Assembly: GCA_964016885.1 (NCBI GenBank)
Contig: OZ024741.1
Location: forward strand, 200,198,001 to 200,262,000
DNA: 64,000 nucleotides
Origin: Eledone cirrhosa
Lineage: Eukaryota
Reading direction: 5' to 3'
The notes below the pieces were generated by a model. The model had not been told where the DNA came from, did not search any database, and saw only the letters and a list, made by a program, of their open reading frames with translations. The stretch's first letter is position 1, and the number at the start of each line of letters is the position of its first letter. Made by a program: the position numbers and the translations under genes. Shown here one piece after another: positions 39,770-54,626 of the stretch.

Positions 39770-40153
39770 TGGCAGTATCGGTAGAGGGTCGGACGCCATG
39801 CTTTCCAGCATAGTTACGTCCCTTTACGATCTGAGTTCAAATCCCGCCGAGGTTGACTTTGCCTTTCATCCTTACGGGATCGACAAAATAAAGTACCAGT
39901 AATGCACTGAGTAATTTGCTGGCCTTGTGCCTAAAGTAGAAACAATTATTTTACATCCAAGGGCGGTGGATTGGCTGTATCGGTAGAGGGTCTGACGCCA
40001 TGCTTTGGCGCATCGAGTTACGGTCCTTGCCATTCTGAGTTCAAATCCCGCCGAGGTTAACTTTGCCTTTCATCCTTACGGGGTCGATAAAATAAAGTAC
40101 CAGTAATGCACTGGGTAATTGCTGGCCTTGTGCCAAAAGTAGAAACAATTATT
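39770..40153 (+). mobile_element. Two adjacent SINE copies (39770-39950, 39961-40153)
   Basis: Two variants of the family head-to-tail. Confidence 0.9.
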
Positions 40154-40337
40154 TTTACATTCATTTTGATTTTGTTTTTCTCACCTTATAATGCCTGCAA
40201 TATAAGTCTAGTGCAAAATACTATGGTTAATATAATTGACTAAAATCTTGTAGATGGTGTCCAGCATGGCTGCTTTCCATTGACTGAAACCAGTAAAAGA
40301 TAAAAGTGGGTCAGCATTCCCTTTTATTGCAGGTTAC

Positions 40338-40413
<76 letters not shown>

Positions 40414-40784
40414 CTCTCTCTCTCTATCTCTCTCTTTTCGCAATGGCAAGTAATTATATATCCTTTAGCTTCTCACAGTAGTCAGCTAGTGTATGGAAGC
40501 AATCTACTTTCCATTTCGTTGTTATCCCGACATCATGGGGTGATTTTAGCATTGAGAAATAATCCAAACAACTGAAAAAAAAATATCTCATCTAGAATCA
40601 TGTTTTTCTTTTGTGTTGTAATAAATATTATCGAGATCTATCATGTCAGTTGAATGCACGTTGTTGCCATTTTAGTTACATTTACAGTTATTGTTGTTAT
40701 TTCTGTTTACTTTATATATATATATATATATATATATGATGAATATAAGTCAATAGAGCGCTCAACCGAGGGAGCAAAATAGTA

Positions 40785-40853
<69 letters not shown>

Positions 40854-41564
40854 GGAGCAGGCCCTCAAAACGAAGTGGTTGAAGCACCATATCTACAAGG
40901 AGGAGGCTAGCCCACTGTGCAGGATCTGTGGAGAGAGAGAGGAGACTGTGGCTCACATTGTGTCCGAGTGTAAACACCTAGCCCAGACCCACTATAAGGG
41001 CTGGAGACACGATGTGATGGGCAGGGTGATCCACTGGCACCTGTGCAAAGTAAACAATCTACCACATTCTGAGAAATGGTATGAGCATAGGCCAGAGGCG
41101 GTGATGGAGAACAGTCAGGTGAAGGTGCTGTGGGATTTTAGGATACAGACGGACAAAAAACTGGAACACAATAGACCTGACCTGGTGGTTATGGACAAAG
41201 AAAAAAGATCGTGCCTGATTGTGGATGTGGCCTGCCCGTTCGACACGAGAGTGCAAGAGAAGGAGAGGGAGAAAATTAACCGATACCAGGACCTAAAGTG
41301 GGAGGTGAAAAGGATTTGGAACTGCCATGAAGTCAAAGTGATCCCGATTGTCATAGGCGCACTGGGGACTATCTCCAAAGGTTTCCAGGGATGGTTAAAG
41401 AAAATCGGCCCCTTCACGCTTTTTGGAACGCTTCAAAAGGCATGCTTGCTTGGAACAGCAAGAACCCTCCGATACGTCCTGAATATCTGAGGCTGCAGGT
41501 AGTGGCTTGATATTCAATCCAACGGACTTTCCAGTTAACCAACATCAATGACTGAGATTCAAGG
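40854..41564 (+). mobile_element. R4/Dong-like non-LTR element, 3' part (CCHC + RLE)
   Basis: CRICGEREETVAHIVSEC, RHD, WDFRIQTD, RPD, D..CP, EK..RY..L; flanked by (TAA)n on both sides. Confidence 0.9.
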
Positions 41565-41595
41565 AATAATAATAATAATAATAATGATGATGATG

Positions 41596-41636
<41 letters not shown>

Positions 41637-43601
41637 GTTCTTTGAGTCTCAGTCATTGATGTTAGTTAACTGGAAAGTTTGTTGAAATGAATATCAAGCC
41701 ACTACTTGCAGCCTCAGATATTCAGGACATATCGGGGGGTTCTTGCTGTTCCCACCAAGCATGCCTTTTGAAGTGTTCCAAAAAGCGGGACGGGGCCAAT
41801 TTTCTTTAACCATCCCTGGAAACTTTTTGAGATAGTACCTAGTGCGCCTATGACAATCGGGACCACTTTGACTTCATGGCAGTTCCAAATCCTTTTTACC
41901 TCCCACTTTAAGTCCTGGTATCGGTTAATTTTCTCCCTCTCCTTCTCTTGCACTCTCGTGTCGAATGGGCAGGCCACATCCACAATCAGGCACGATCTTT
42001 TTTCCTTGTCCAAAACCACCAGGTCATGTCTATTGCGTTCCAGTTTCTTGTCCATCTGTATCCTAAAATCCCACAGCACCTTCACCTGATCGTTTTCTAT
42101 CACCGACTCTGGCTTATGCTCATACCACTTCTCAGATTGTTGTAAATTGTTTACTTTGCATAGGTGTCAGTGGATCACCCTGCCCATCATGTCTCCAGCC
42201 TTTATAGTGAGCCACAGTCTCCTCTCTCTCTCCACAGATCCTGCACAGTGGGCTAGCCTCCTCCTTGTAAATATGGTGTTTCAGCCACTTCGTTTTGACG
42301 GCCTGCTCTTACGCAGCCATTAGCATTCCTTCTCTAGCATTTTTAAGGTCTCCTCTTGTCAACCAGTTCCATGTCTGTGGATCTCTGAATTCCGTTTTCT
42401 CAAAGAAGGTACTATGAAGGGATTTTTCATGAAGGTTGCTCTTTCTCCTCGTTGTTATTTCCTCCTTGGACATCCTCTGGTCTATTGTCCTCTCCTTCAG
42501 TACAGTTCTGAGCATTGGCTCCTTACTATCAGTCACGTATTTGTGTAGGTTGTTTTTCTCCATCTGAACACAGACCTCTATGCTGATAAGACCTCTTCCA
42601 CCTTCAGATCTCCTTAAGTAGAGTCTATCGACATCACTCCTCTTGTGGAACATGTAGATAGTCAATAGCTTCCTAGTCTTCCTATCCATTTCTTTTTGTT
42701 CAGCAACATTCCATCTCAGAATTCCCGCACTGTACCTCATAATAGACACAGCTCGGGAATTTACTGCACTTATGGCATTCCTACTGTTCAGATGTGACTT
42801 TAATACGCTCCTTACTCTCCGAATGTATTCAGATCTTATCAATTCCTTCATTTTTTTGTTCTTGATGTCATCAGCCTCCAGAATACCCAAATACTTGTAT
42901 CCTTCTTCAGTGTCAATTTCCTTTATCATCTCACCTGTTGGTACCTGGATTCCGTTGCTTCTGCTCAATTTACCTCTCTTCATCACTAGGACTCCACACT
43001 TACTAATACCAAATTGCATACATATATCATTGCTGAAAATACGGACAGTGTCAACAAGCACATCCAACTCCTTCTCACTCCTCCCGAAGAGCTTAAGATC
43101 GTCCATGAAGAGGAGGTGATTGATGGTAAGCTCTCCCTTTCCCAACTTGTATCCTGCTCTCACTTTTCGCAGTATAATGGTCAGGGGCATCAGGGCAAGG
43201 ACAAACAACAGAGGGGACAGACTATCTCCCTGGAAGACACCTCTCTTGATCTTCACGCCTCCCAAGGATTCTCCAGCTGATGTTAACTCTGTTTTCCAGG
43301 ACTTCATACTTTTGCTCAACAACTGTCTGATGTTATCTGCCACCTTGAAGATCTCTAGGCTTTTGGTGATCCAAGAATGAGGCACCATGTCAAATGCCTT
43401 TTTGTAGTCTTTCCATCCCATGGCAAGACTAGTGTGTCTCCTCTTGCAATTCCTTTTTACCATCTTATCAATAAGTAACTGGTCCTTTGTACCACGGGAC
43501 TTCTTTCGGCATCCTTTCTGTTCGTCCGGTAACAAGTTGTTTGTGTGGAGGTGATGGTAGATTTCCTCAGACACAACGCTTGTCAACAGTTTCTACATTA
43601 C
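41637..43601 (-). mobile_element. R4/Dong-like element, 5'-truncated in RT
   Basis: [42 protein letters not shown]; flanked by (TTA)n. Confidence 0.92.
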
Positions 43602-43616
43602 ACAATGCTTATCAAC

Positions 43617-45756
<2,140 letters not shown>

Positions 45757-45774
45757 ATTATTGTTATTGTTATT

Positions 45775-46000
45775 CCTTGAATCTCAGTCATTGATGTTGG
45801 TTAACTGGAAAGTCCGTTGGATTGAATATCAAGCCACTACCTGCAGCCTCAGATATTCAGGACGTATCGGAGGGTTCTTGCCGTTCCAAGCAAGCATGCC
45901 TTTTGAAGCGTTCCAAAAAGCGTGAAGGGGCCGATTTTCTTTAACCATCCCTGGAAACCTTTGGAGATAGTCCCCAGTGCGCCTATGACAATCGGGATCA

Positions 46001-46002
<2 letters not shown>
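45775..46002 (-). mobile_element. R4/Dong-like 3' end fragment
   Basis: Almost exact reverse complement of 41338-41564. Confidence 0.88.
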
Positions 46003-46061
<59 letters not shown>

Positions 46062-46269
46062 GGCGACCTACGTAGTAAATCGTATCATCGTGAGCTCCGC
46101 AAAGGTTTGTTATTTCCGTTTGTTAAAAATTGCCATTTATGGAAAATTTTTATTGTTAACTATATATAAGCGCACATACATTGTTTTCCGAAAAGGACAC
46201 CCAAAAAGATTGGGGCCTTGTGCCCAAAATTTAAACTTTTATGATTATCAAAAAATTTCTTTGAAAAAA

Positions 46270-48273
46270 ATGGCTAATTCACCTCTGCACCAAGCAGCTG
46301 AAAGCCTTCCTCACAAATTAACACCTCACACCGACACCACCATTGTAAATGTTACTACGTTTGCCAACACTAAAAAAAATATAAGCAGTAGCAATATTTT
46401 AAATTTGTCTCAGGCAGACATTCATTTCCCGCCATTACCAATGACTGCAGGTGTTAAAGCCTCCACCACGACCACCACCACCGCGACAACCACCACCCCC
46501 ACCACCACCGCGACAACAGTAACAAAAGAAGAAAAAAATAAATTAACTCGTGATGTCGAAATGAAATCAAGCAAAATGGACTCTTCCCCACCAAAGACGA
46601 CTGACGTCACCACCACCACAACTGAAACTAAAATTAATAATAACAAAAATAACGATAGCAACAACAACAACAATGACATTAAAAAAACCACCCTGAGTTT
46701 TGCCAGAGTAGCAAATCAGTTCGAAGCATTTACGGTAATTCAGGAGGATTTAGAAAATGCTAAACAAATGGTAAAGAAAGATGGGTACAGGGTCAGCCCC
46801 CCCCCAACCCCACCCCACCTAATAAAATGGAGCATCGGCGCCTATGCACCGTGTCGTATCGAACAATAAATGTAAAATCGCGCCGAGAGGAACGGGCATC
46901 CGAGTCCCAAATCCAAAAAGCTTTGGGACATGTGTGGGCAAGAAAAACCCACATCAGACGTGGGCAGAAGTATGGAACCGTGGACGTGTTCTTTGAAACA
47001 CCAGAGGAGGCTAGAGAACACTCCATGGCCCCATTAAGAAGTGACGACTTCACACTCGTCCCAAGCTATTGTGGCCAGAGACTCGTAAAGATCAGGGTGA
47101 CCCACGTTCCACCGGCCATCGAAATTCCCTGGCTAATAGCGGCCGTCCTCGCCGGCATCGAAGCCAACACAAAAATAATAGCAATAGCAAAAGAAAAGCA
47201 GGAGAACTGGTCCGGATCTGGGATGGAGCTCCTGATCCAAGCGGACCAAAAAAGCATTGAGGAGAGAGATCCCAGAGGTAATAGACATCACTGACGGCAG
47301 CCACCTCACCGTAATTGTCGAGGGCAGAAGGCCTAGGTGTGTCGTTTGTGGTGAAGGAACCCACCTAAGGGCTTTCTGCCCTCAGGCTAAAAGGTTGAGG
47401 CCACCTCTCCTACCCACCCCAGTGACACAACCATCAACACCACCAGTAGCAGAGATGGCAGCAACAACTGTAGCAGCAACAACAGAAGCAACTATAACAG
47501 CAACAACCCCAGAAACAGTAGCAAAATCAACACCACCACCACCAGCAAAACCAACACCACCACCACCCAACGCTTCAGAACTAGCACCAGCGCCTACACC
47601 ATCCACCACGCCACAACCAAAACTAACGCCTGTGGACGATTTTCCACTCCCCGGCCTATCACAACTGGAGACAGATTGTGACGACGAGGAGTGGGAAACG
47701 GTATCAGGAAAAAAAAAGAAACCAAAAAAGAAAAAATTCTCTTCCTTCCCCCTCCAAAAACAAAATACAGCGGGAAACAAATAAATTAACAAACAAAAAG
47801 TTAGGACAGATATGCCACCATCCACACCAGCATCACCAACCCCATCAACCCAAACACCAACACCATCACCACCATTAACCCCAACACCACCATCACCTAC
47901 ACCACAAAAGTCACCAAAATGCGAAACAGAAATAAACCCACAACAAACGCAAACAAAACAAAACAACCAAAACGATACACACTACACAGCATTAAATTTG
48001 AACAACAAGCAATTATTACACTACATCCAACACAACACCAGAATCACAGAAAAAGACTACACAACAACCCAAAAATTCACACCACCTCCACACATACAAA
48101 TCACTCGCATCACACAGAAAACGTACATGACACTAAAACAAAAATTCCCCAAAGACATCGGAGACTTCCGACAAGCACTCTCCAGGGGGATTTATAAGGA
48201 CATCCTTCCTGGGGAGGCCACAAGCAGTGAAAAGGATGGAAAAACCGTCCTTCCCCTACGAGACGTAAGGTAA
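46270..48273 (+). pseudogene. Tx1-like ORF1 (RRM-like region, CxxC-x4-H-x4-C knuckle, P/T-rich tail), frameshifted
   Basis: Pieces 46270-46869, 46827-47294, 47257-47784, 47812-48273; CVVCGEGTHLRAFC. Confidence 0.75.
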
Positions 48274-48307
48274 GTGGTCTTTCCCATCTTTTCCACTCCT
48301 TTTCAAC

Positions 48308-51300
48308 ATGACCTCACTCAGAATAGGCAGCATAAATGCGCGTGGCTTGGGGTCGTCATGGAAGCAGGGCCACCTGCTCAACGACTTCAGGTCACTAAAC
48401 ATAGATGTAGTGGCCATCAGCGAGACCAGAATCTCCGAAGCACGGGCCTTCGCACCGATCTTCGGCGGCTACGATGTGTACGCATCTCCCAGCCGTCCGG
48501 GATCGGGGGGGGGAGGAGTTGCTGTGCTTTTTCGGAGAGGTTTGGATCTTGCCATACGGGCCATCTTCCTGGACCTAGAAGGTAAGTTGGTGGTGCTGGA
48601 CGTGACCAGCGGAGACGGGCAAGCTTTCAGGTTAGTGGCCGTCTATGCCCCGACAGGAGCAGGGCGGCCTGATTTCTTCCGGCGTCTGGAGACCTTTCTT
48701 GGAACGTCCCGCTCTTTAGTGTTAGTGGGCGACTGGAACGGGATCTTAGATGCACGCTGGGATTGTGTGGGATTAGTGGATAGGGAAGGAGGGTGCAAGA
48801 GTCACACCAACCTGCTCAGGCGTTTTGAACTGTCTGACAGGTACCGAATGGATTTCCCAAATGTACCAATGTGGACTTGTACAAATCGTATTGGGTCATC
48901 CAGATCATATCTAGATAGAGTATTTTTGTAGGGAAATAGATAGGTCTAGCATAGGCTGTCCACAATTCAAGATAGTCAGCTACACGGACCACAAATTCGT
49001 GATCTGTGTGCTTGACTTAGATAGGCTTCATAGACGAGGACCCGGCTACTGGAAGCTAAACGCGTCCTTACCAGCGCGCAAGGCCTACAGAGACCGGATT
49101 AGCGAACTAGTTAAGCGGGCGTTAACGGGGGCCATCGTCAACAACAAGTGCTGGTTTGCTCTGAAAAGAGCAATTAGAATAGAGTCCATTAGGTTTAGTA
49201 AGGCTTTAGCAATAGAGAAAAATAGAGCAGAGGGAGAATTAGTTAGAAAATTAGACGAGGCGCTTAGCAAAGGCATCGCGACCGACGTACTTGCGGCGAA
49301 ATTGGCCCTTGACCAATTCTTCAATGCAAAGCACGAAGGCTGCGTTGTCAGAGCTAGGGTGCGTGCTCTCAGACACGAGGGGACGAAAGCCGTTCAATGG
49401 GCCTGAGTGGCGGAGGCGCGTCGTGGCAACAAAGCCACGATCCGGTCTTTGGTGGACCACGACGGGCGCATGCTACTCGATCCCGGGAAAATGTGTGAAG
49501 CTTTTCAGCGACACTTCGCTCAACTGTTCGAGGGCAGTGGTGGGCCGGTTCGAGGGATGGACTTTAGTGTCTACCTCGACGGACTGCCGCGGCTTTCGGC
49601 CACTGAGGCGGAGTGTTGCGAAAAGCCGATAACAACCGCTGAAGTACGGGAGGCAATGACTGGCTGCACAAGGGGTAAATCGCCTGGTTTGGATGGTCTG
49701 CCCTATGAACTTTACGTACAAATACCAGACTTGTTCGGAGGCCTCTTGGCGGACGTCTACTGCAACTGGCAACAGAACGGGAGAATTCCCAGCTCTGTGA
49801 GCCGAGTAGCGGTGGCGCTGCTGAGAAAGGATCCGAACAAGGGGAATAACATAGATAATTTTAGGCCCATAATTCTGCTAAACACAGAGTTCAAGATTTT
49901 GGCCAAGGTGCTAGCAAAGAGGTTGGCGCTTGTCGTTGGTGGTCTGGTGGGAGAGGCACAGACATGCGCCATTCCCGACAGATCCATCCACGACAACCTC
50001 CACCTCATGCGATACATCGTAGAGAGGGTAGCTAGGGAACCTGGCACGGGTGGATCTTTGATCAATTTAGATCAGTCGAAAGCCTTCGATAGGGTCGACC
50101 ATCGTTACCTAGCGGCAGTCCTGAGGGCGGCTGGCTTTGGGCCCGTCTTCAGAGGCTGGATCGCTGCCATGCACAGCGACATCTGCTCTGTAGTGAGAGT
50201 GAACGGTCACCTTTCGGAACCGTTCAACATCATGCGCTCTGTCCGCCAAGGATGTCCCCTCTCGTCCCTATTGTACGTATTGACTCTCGAGCCATTACTG
50301 CACAAACTGGAGACGTTGAGGGGGGTCCCGCGCGAACTAGGATGCGGAAGATCCGTGTCAGCATATGCGGACGATGTCACCGTAGTGGTGTCGAACGCCA
50401 AACACATCGAGGCGATCGGCACTACACTAAGAGAATACGAAGCGGTGACAGGAGCAATGATCAACCAAGAAAAGTCAGTGGGCCTGCAGCTCGGCACCTG
50501 GAGAGGCAGGTCCATGCCGTCCAACAGCGTCGTCGGGCGCTGGACGGACGGACCGGTTAAATTGCTAGGGGTCTGGTTCGGTCCAGACTTCCAGACGGAC
50601 AAAAACTGGGACGAGGTGACGAGCAGGGTGGCTTCTCTCACCCAGAAATGGGCCGAGAGGAAGCTATCCCTGAAAGGTCGAGCGGAGGTGGCTAACGCGT
50701 ACATCGCGTCCGTCATCTACTACCGCCTGACCGTCGTACCTTGTCCTAAGCCCCGCCTGACTGCGCTGGAGCGTTTGCTCTTTCGCTTCTTGTGGAAGGG
50801 ACGCGCTCCGATGGTCAGGCGGTCCATATGCTGTCAACACCCGCTACGTGGAGGGCTGGGAATGCCGTGGCTGATGATGCGCAGACACGCGCTCAGGCTA
50901 CGACATCTCCACCTCTTCCTCGACGGTGATCAGGTGTGGTCGCCGTTTGCTAGACACGTTTTTCCCCAGCTCGTCTCCTTGACGGAGCTGCAGTCCTGGG
51001 TCAAGCGAAGACCGAGAGGGAGCGCTTGGAGACTGGAATGTCTTCAGGCGCTCACAGCCCTCGACCAATCGGGAATGTGATCGGTGGAAACTCCACCTTG
51101 GCGTTCTATAGGGGATTAGTGGAGGGTAAGAGCGACGACGTACTTGGAGAAACTCTAGGCGTCGACGAAAATCAACTAGCCAATCTCTTCGGAAGGACTT
51201 TCGGGCCGGGGCCTATGGACAACTTCCAGAAATCCCTCGCCTGGCAGTGCTACCGGGGTGCTTTGCCAGTTCGGGATAAACTCTACAGGCATGGAGGTGC

Positions 51301-51730
51301 CGTCAGCCGGGCATGTCCGAGATGCGCACAGGGCGACGAAACCGTCCTGCACGCACTCGTCCAGTGTCTGAGCATTGCTGACTTGTGGGTTTATTTCGAA
51401 CACCTGCTGTCACGTGTAGGGCGGATCCAGCTATTAGCTGAGTCCATCGTGAGGATTGCCCCGCCCTCTTCCTTTAGCCGGGAAGGGCAGGCAGTTTTTA
51501 TCTGTCTGGTGGCCATGGCGAAAGAGATAGTATGGTGAACACGTTTGAAAGGGCTGAAGACGAGCACTTACCTCTTCGGTGATGCCCTGATTAACTTTTT
51601 CAAATTTCATTTGAAAAGGAAAATCAGGGTAGAGAGGGAAGTGCTCTCTTCCCAGCATTTTGTTGAAAGATGGGTGAGAGAAGCAAGTATGGCCCGAATG
51701 AATGGGCCTTCTCTGAGTATGTGTCTGTAA
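48308..51730 (+). pseudogene. Tx1-like ORF2 APE-RT-Zn knuckle, with two frameshifts and two stops
   Basis: NARGL, ISET, YAP, GDWN, SYLDR, TDH; KSPGLDG, DQSKAFD, RQGCPLS, YADD; CPRC..ET..H...C. Confidence 0.9.
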
Positions 51731-51971
51731 ATTAAAGGTGGAAAACTGGGAGAGGGCACTTGCCCTGGTGGTCAGGATCACTGTGGTCTTTTAATGGGCT
51801 TTCTCCACAAATGTTCCTCGGAAGTCTCCCCCCTATTGGGGAATTTTTCTTTGTTATTTTATTACATCCTCTGTTTTTTACACGCAGAAATGCCCATTTG
51901 TACCGTCCTGTATTGTCCTGTACTGTCCTTAATGTCTACTTTATGTAAACCCTTGTGGTTAATAAAGAAAA

Positions 51972-52018
<47 letters not shown>

Positions 52019-52019
<1 letters not shown>

Positions 52020-54136
52020 AGTTGCATTTATCTTGCTTTATGTTCATACGAGTTATCACCAAGTCACAACCAGTGACCTCAAGAGACAACAAGGTCCGCC
52101 ATGTTCAAGAAAGAACATACATACTCACACATGCATCTTTAGTGTTTAGACTTGTGATGTACTTATATTGACAGAATCTTCCTTAGTATATGGGCAGTTC
52201 CCATTAGTACTATCTTTTGTATTTCTCCTATACGCGGGTTTCCTGGGATTTGCGATAAGTAATCATTAGACCCCTTAGGTATCATTCCCAGAGCGCCCAC
52301 AACCACTGGTATTGTTTTAGTTCTCAATTTCCACATTTTTCCAATTTCTATCTCCAGGTCCTTATACTTGCTCAATTTTTCAAATGTTTTTATAGATACA
52401 TTCTTGTCTATTGGAACGGACATATCAATTAGCAGGCATACCCTCTTTTTAAAGTCCTTCAATATTATATCAGGTCTATTTGCATCTATTTTTCGGTCTG
52501 TTTGGATGCTAAAGTTCCACAAGATTGAGATGTGATCTTTTTCAAGTATGGGAGGTGGTTGATGCTCCCACCAATTCTTTTGATGGGGCAGGTCAAAATG
52601 CTTACACATTATCCAATGTATGTATTGTGCAGCTCTGTCATGCCTGTTTAGGTATTAGGTTGGAGCTATACGACTGCACATTGAAATTATATGGTCTCTG
52701 GTTGTTTTTTGCATACACAGCATAATGGGCTGCATCCATTTTTTATTATGTTGGCTTGGTAATTTTTTGTTGGCAGACACTGATCTTGTGCTGATATAAT
52801 CAGTCCTTCAGTCTCCGATTTCAGTCCAGAGGATGCCAACCACTGATGGGTTAAAGTTTTGTCAACATCAGGATTGTTAGCTCGTTCTGGGTATTTTCCA
52901 TACAGAGGCTTTTCTTGCCATTTCTTAGCCAGTTTCTGTAGCAGTTCTTTCTTTGCAGTTACTTTTACCTGCTTTGCTTTTTCTGTGTTTTCCATTTCAG
53001 CAGTAAATGGGACTTCTGAAATTTGTAGTCCATTACTGTATCTTTGTGCATCTTTTGTAATGGAATATGATCTTTTGATGCTTTCGTGTTTCAAAACGAG
53101 TTTGATCATCCAATCATGTGATTCCCTTAGATATGTAGATAATCCAATTGTTGCAGTTTTCAACGCAATGTCTAACTGGACTAACCCACGTCCTCCTTCT
53201 TTCCTAGGGAGATATATTCTATCTATATCTGCCTTAGGGTGATGCATTCTGTGCATGGTTAAGAATTTTCGAATTTTTGTATCGAGCCTACAGATCTCTG
53301 TGCTTGACCAGTTGATGACATTGTAACTGTAGGTTACTACTGGTATGGCAAGCGTGTTTATGACATCGATCCTATTCCTTGCATTCAGTTCCGTTCTTAT
53401 GATTGCTCTTACTCTGCGGTAACATTCCTTCCTTATCCTTTCCCTCATTGTCGAGTGCTTGATTCCGTCTCCTTCACAAACACCTAGATATTTGTAAGTT
53501 TTTTCTTTATCAAGTTCTCTTATCACGTTCCTCCGATCAAGATTAATGTCTGAACTCTTCAGCAGCTTTCCTCTGGTGAACGTTGCTTTGGCGCATTTAT
53601 CTAGTCCAAACTCCATTTTAATGTCATCACTGAACTGCTCCACAGTGGATAATAGCCCTTGCAATTGTTCATCATTTTTTGCAAATAGTTTCAGGTCATC
53701 CATGTAGAACAAGTGATTAATGGTTTTGTCATAGACTCTATATCCATGTTTTGTTTCATTGAGCATTTTACTTAATAGTATAATTGCGATGCAGAATAAA
53801 AGCGGTGATAAAGAGTCACCCTGAAAAATTCCACAATTAATATTAACTTCTCCAGCTTCCAGTGATTTTGTTTCACTATTCAAAAGGAGTGTCGTTTTCC
53901 ATGTCTTCATACTGAATGACAAAAACCTCCTGACAACGGGGTATATTTTGAAAATCTCTAAACATTTTTCAATCCAACTGTGTGGCAAACTATCGAATGC
54001 TTTTTTATAATCTATCCAAGAAATTGATAGATTTTTGTGTCTATTATGACAATCTTCCAGTATAATTTTGTTAACCTGACAATCTTCCAGTATCATTTTG
54101 TTAACCTGACAATCTTCCAGTATAATTTTGTTAACC

Positions 54137-54137
<1 letters not shown>
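52019..54137 (-). mobile_element. R4/Dong-like element, second family, 5'-truncated
   Basis: [43 protein letters not shown]; flanked by (TTA)n. Confidence 0.92.
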
Positions 54138-54205
<68 letters not shown>

Positions 54206-54206
<1 letters not shown>

Positions 54207-54626
54207 AGCTGCATTTATCTTGCTTTATGTTCATACGAGTTATCACCAAGTCACAACCAGTGACCTCAAGAGACAACAAGGTCCGCCATGTTCAAGAAAG
54301 AACATACATACTCACACATGCATCTTTAGTGTTTAGACTTGTGATGTACTTATATTGACAGAATCTTCCTTAGTATATGGGCAGTTCCCATTAGTACTAT
54401 CTTTTGTATTTCTCCTATACGCGGGTTTCCTGGGATTTGCGATAAGTAATCATTAGACCCCTTAGGTATCATTCCTAGAGCGCCTACAACCACTGGTATT
54501 GTTTTAGTTCTCAATTTCCACATTTTTCCAATTTCTATCTCCAGGTCCTTATACTTGCTCAATTTTTCAAATGTTTTTATAGATACATTCTTGTCTATTG
54601 GAACGGACATATCAATTAGCAGGCAT
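54206..54626 (-). mobile_element. R4/Dong-like second family 3' end duplicate
   Basis: Near-identical to 52019-52438; flanked by (TTA)n. Confidence 0.9.

Larger units (their letters stand above)
46062..51972 (+). mobile_element. Apparently full-length L1/Tx1-clade LINE in (TTA)n
   Basis: 5' UTR, ORF1, ORF2 (APE-RT-CCHC), 3' UTR with AATAAA at 51961; (TTA)n on both flanks. Confidence 0.92.
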
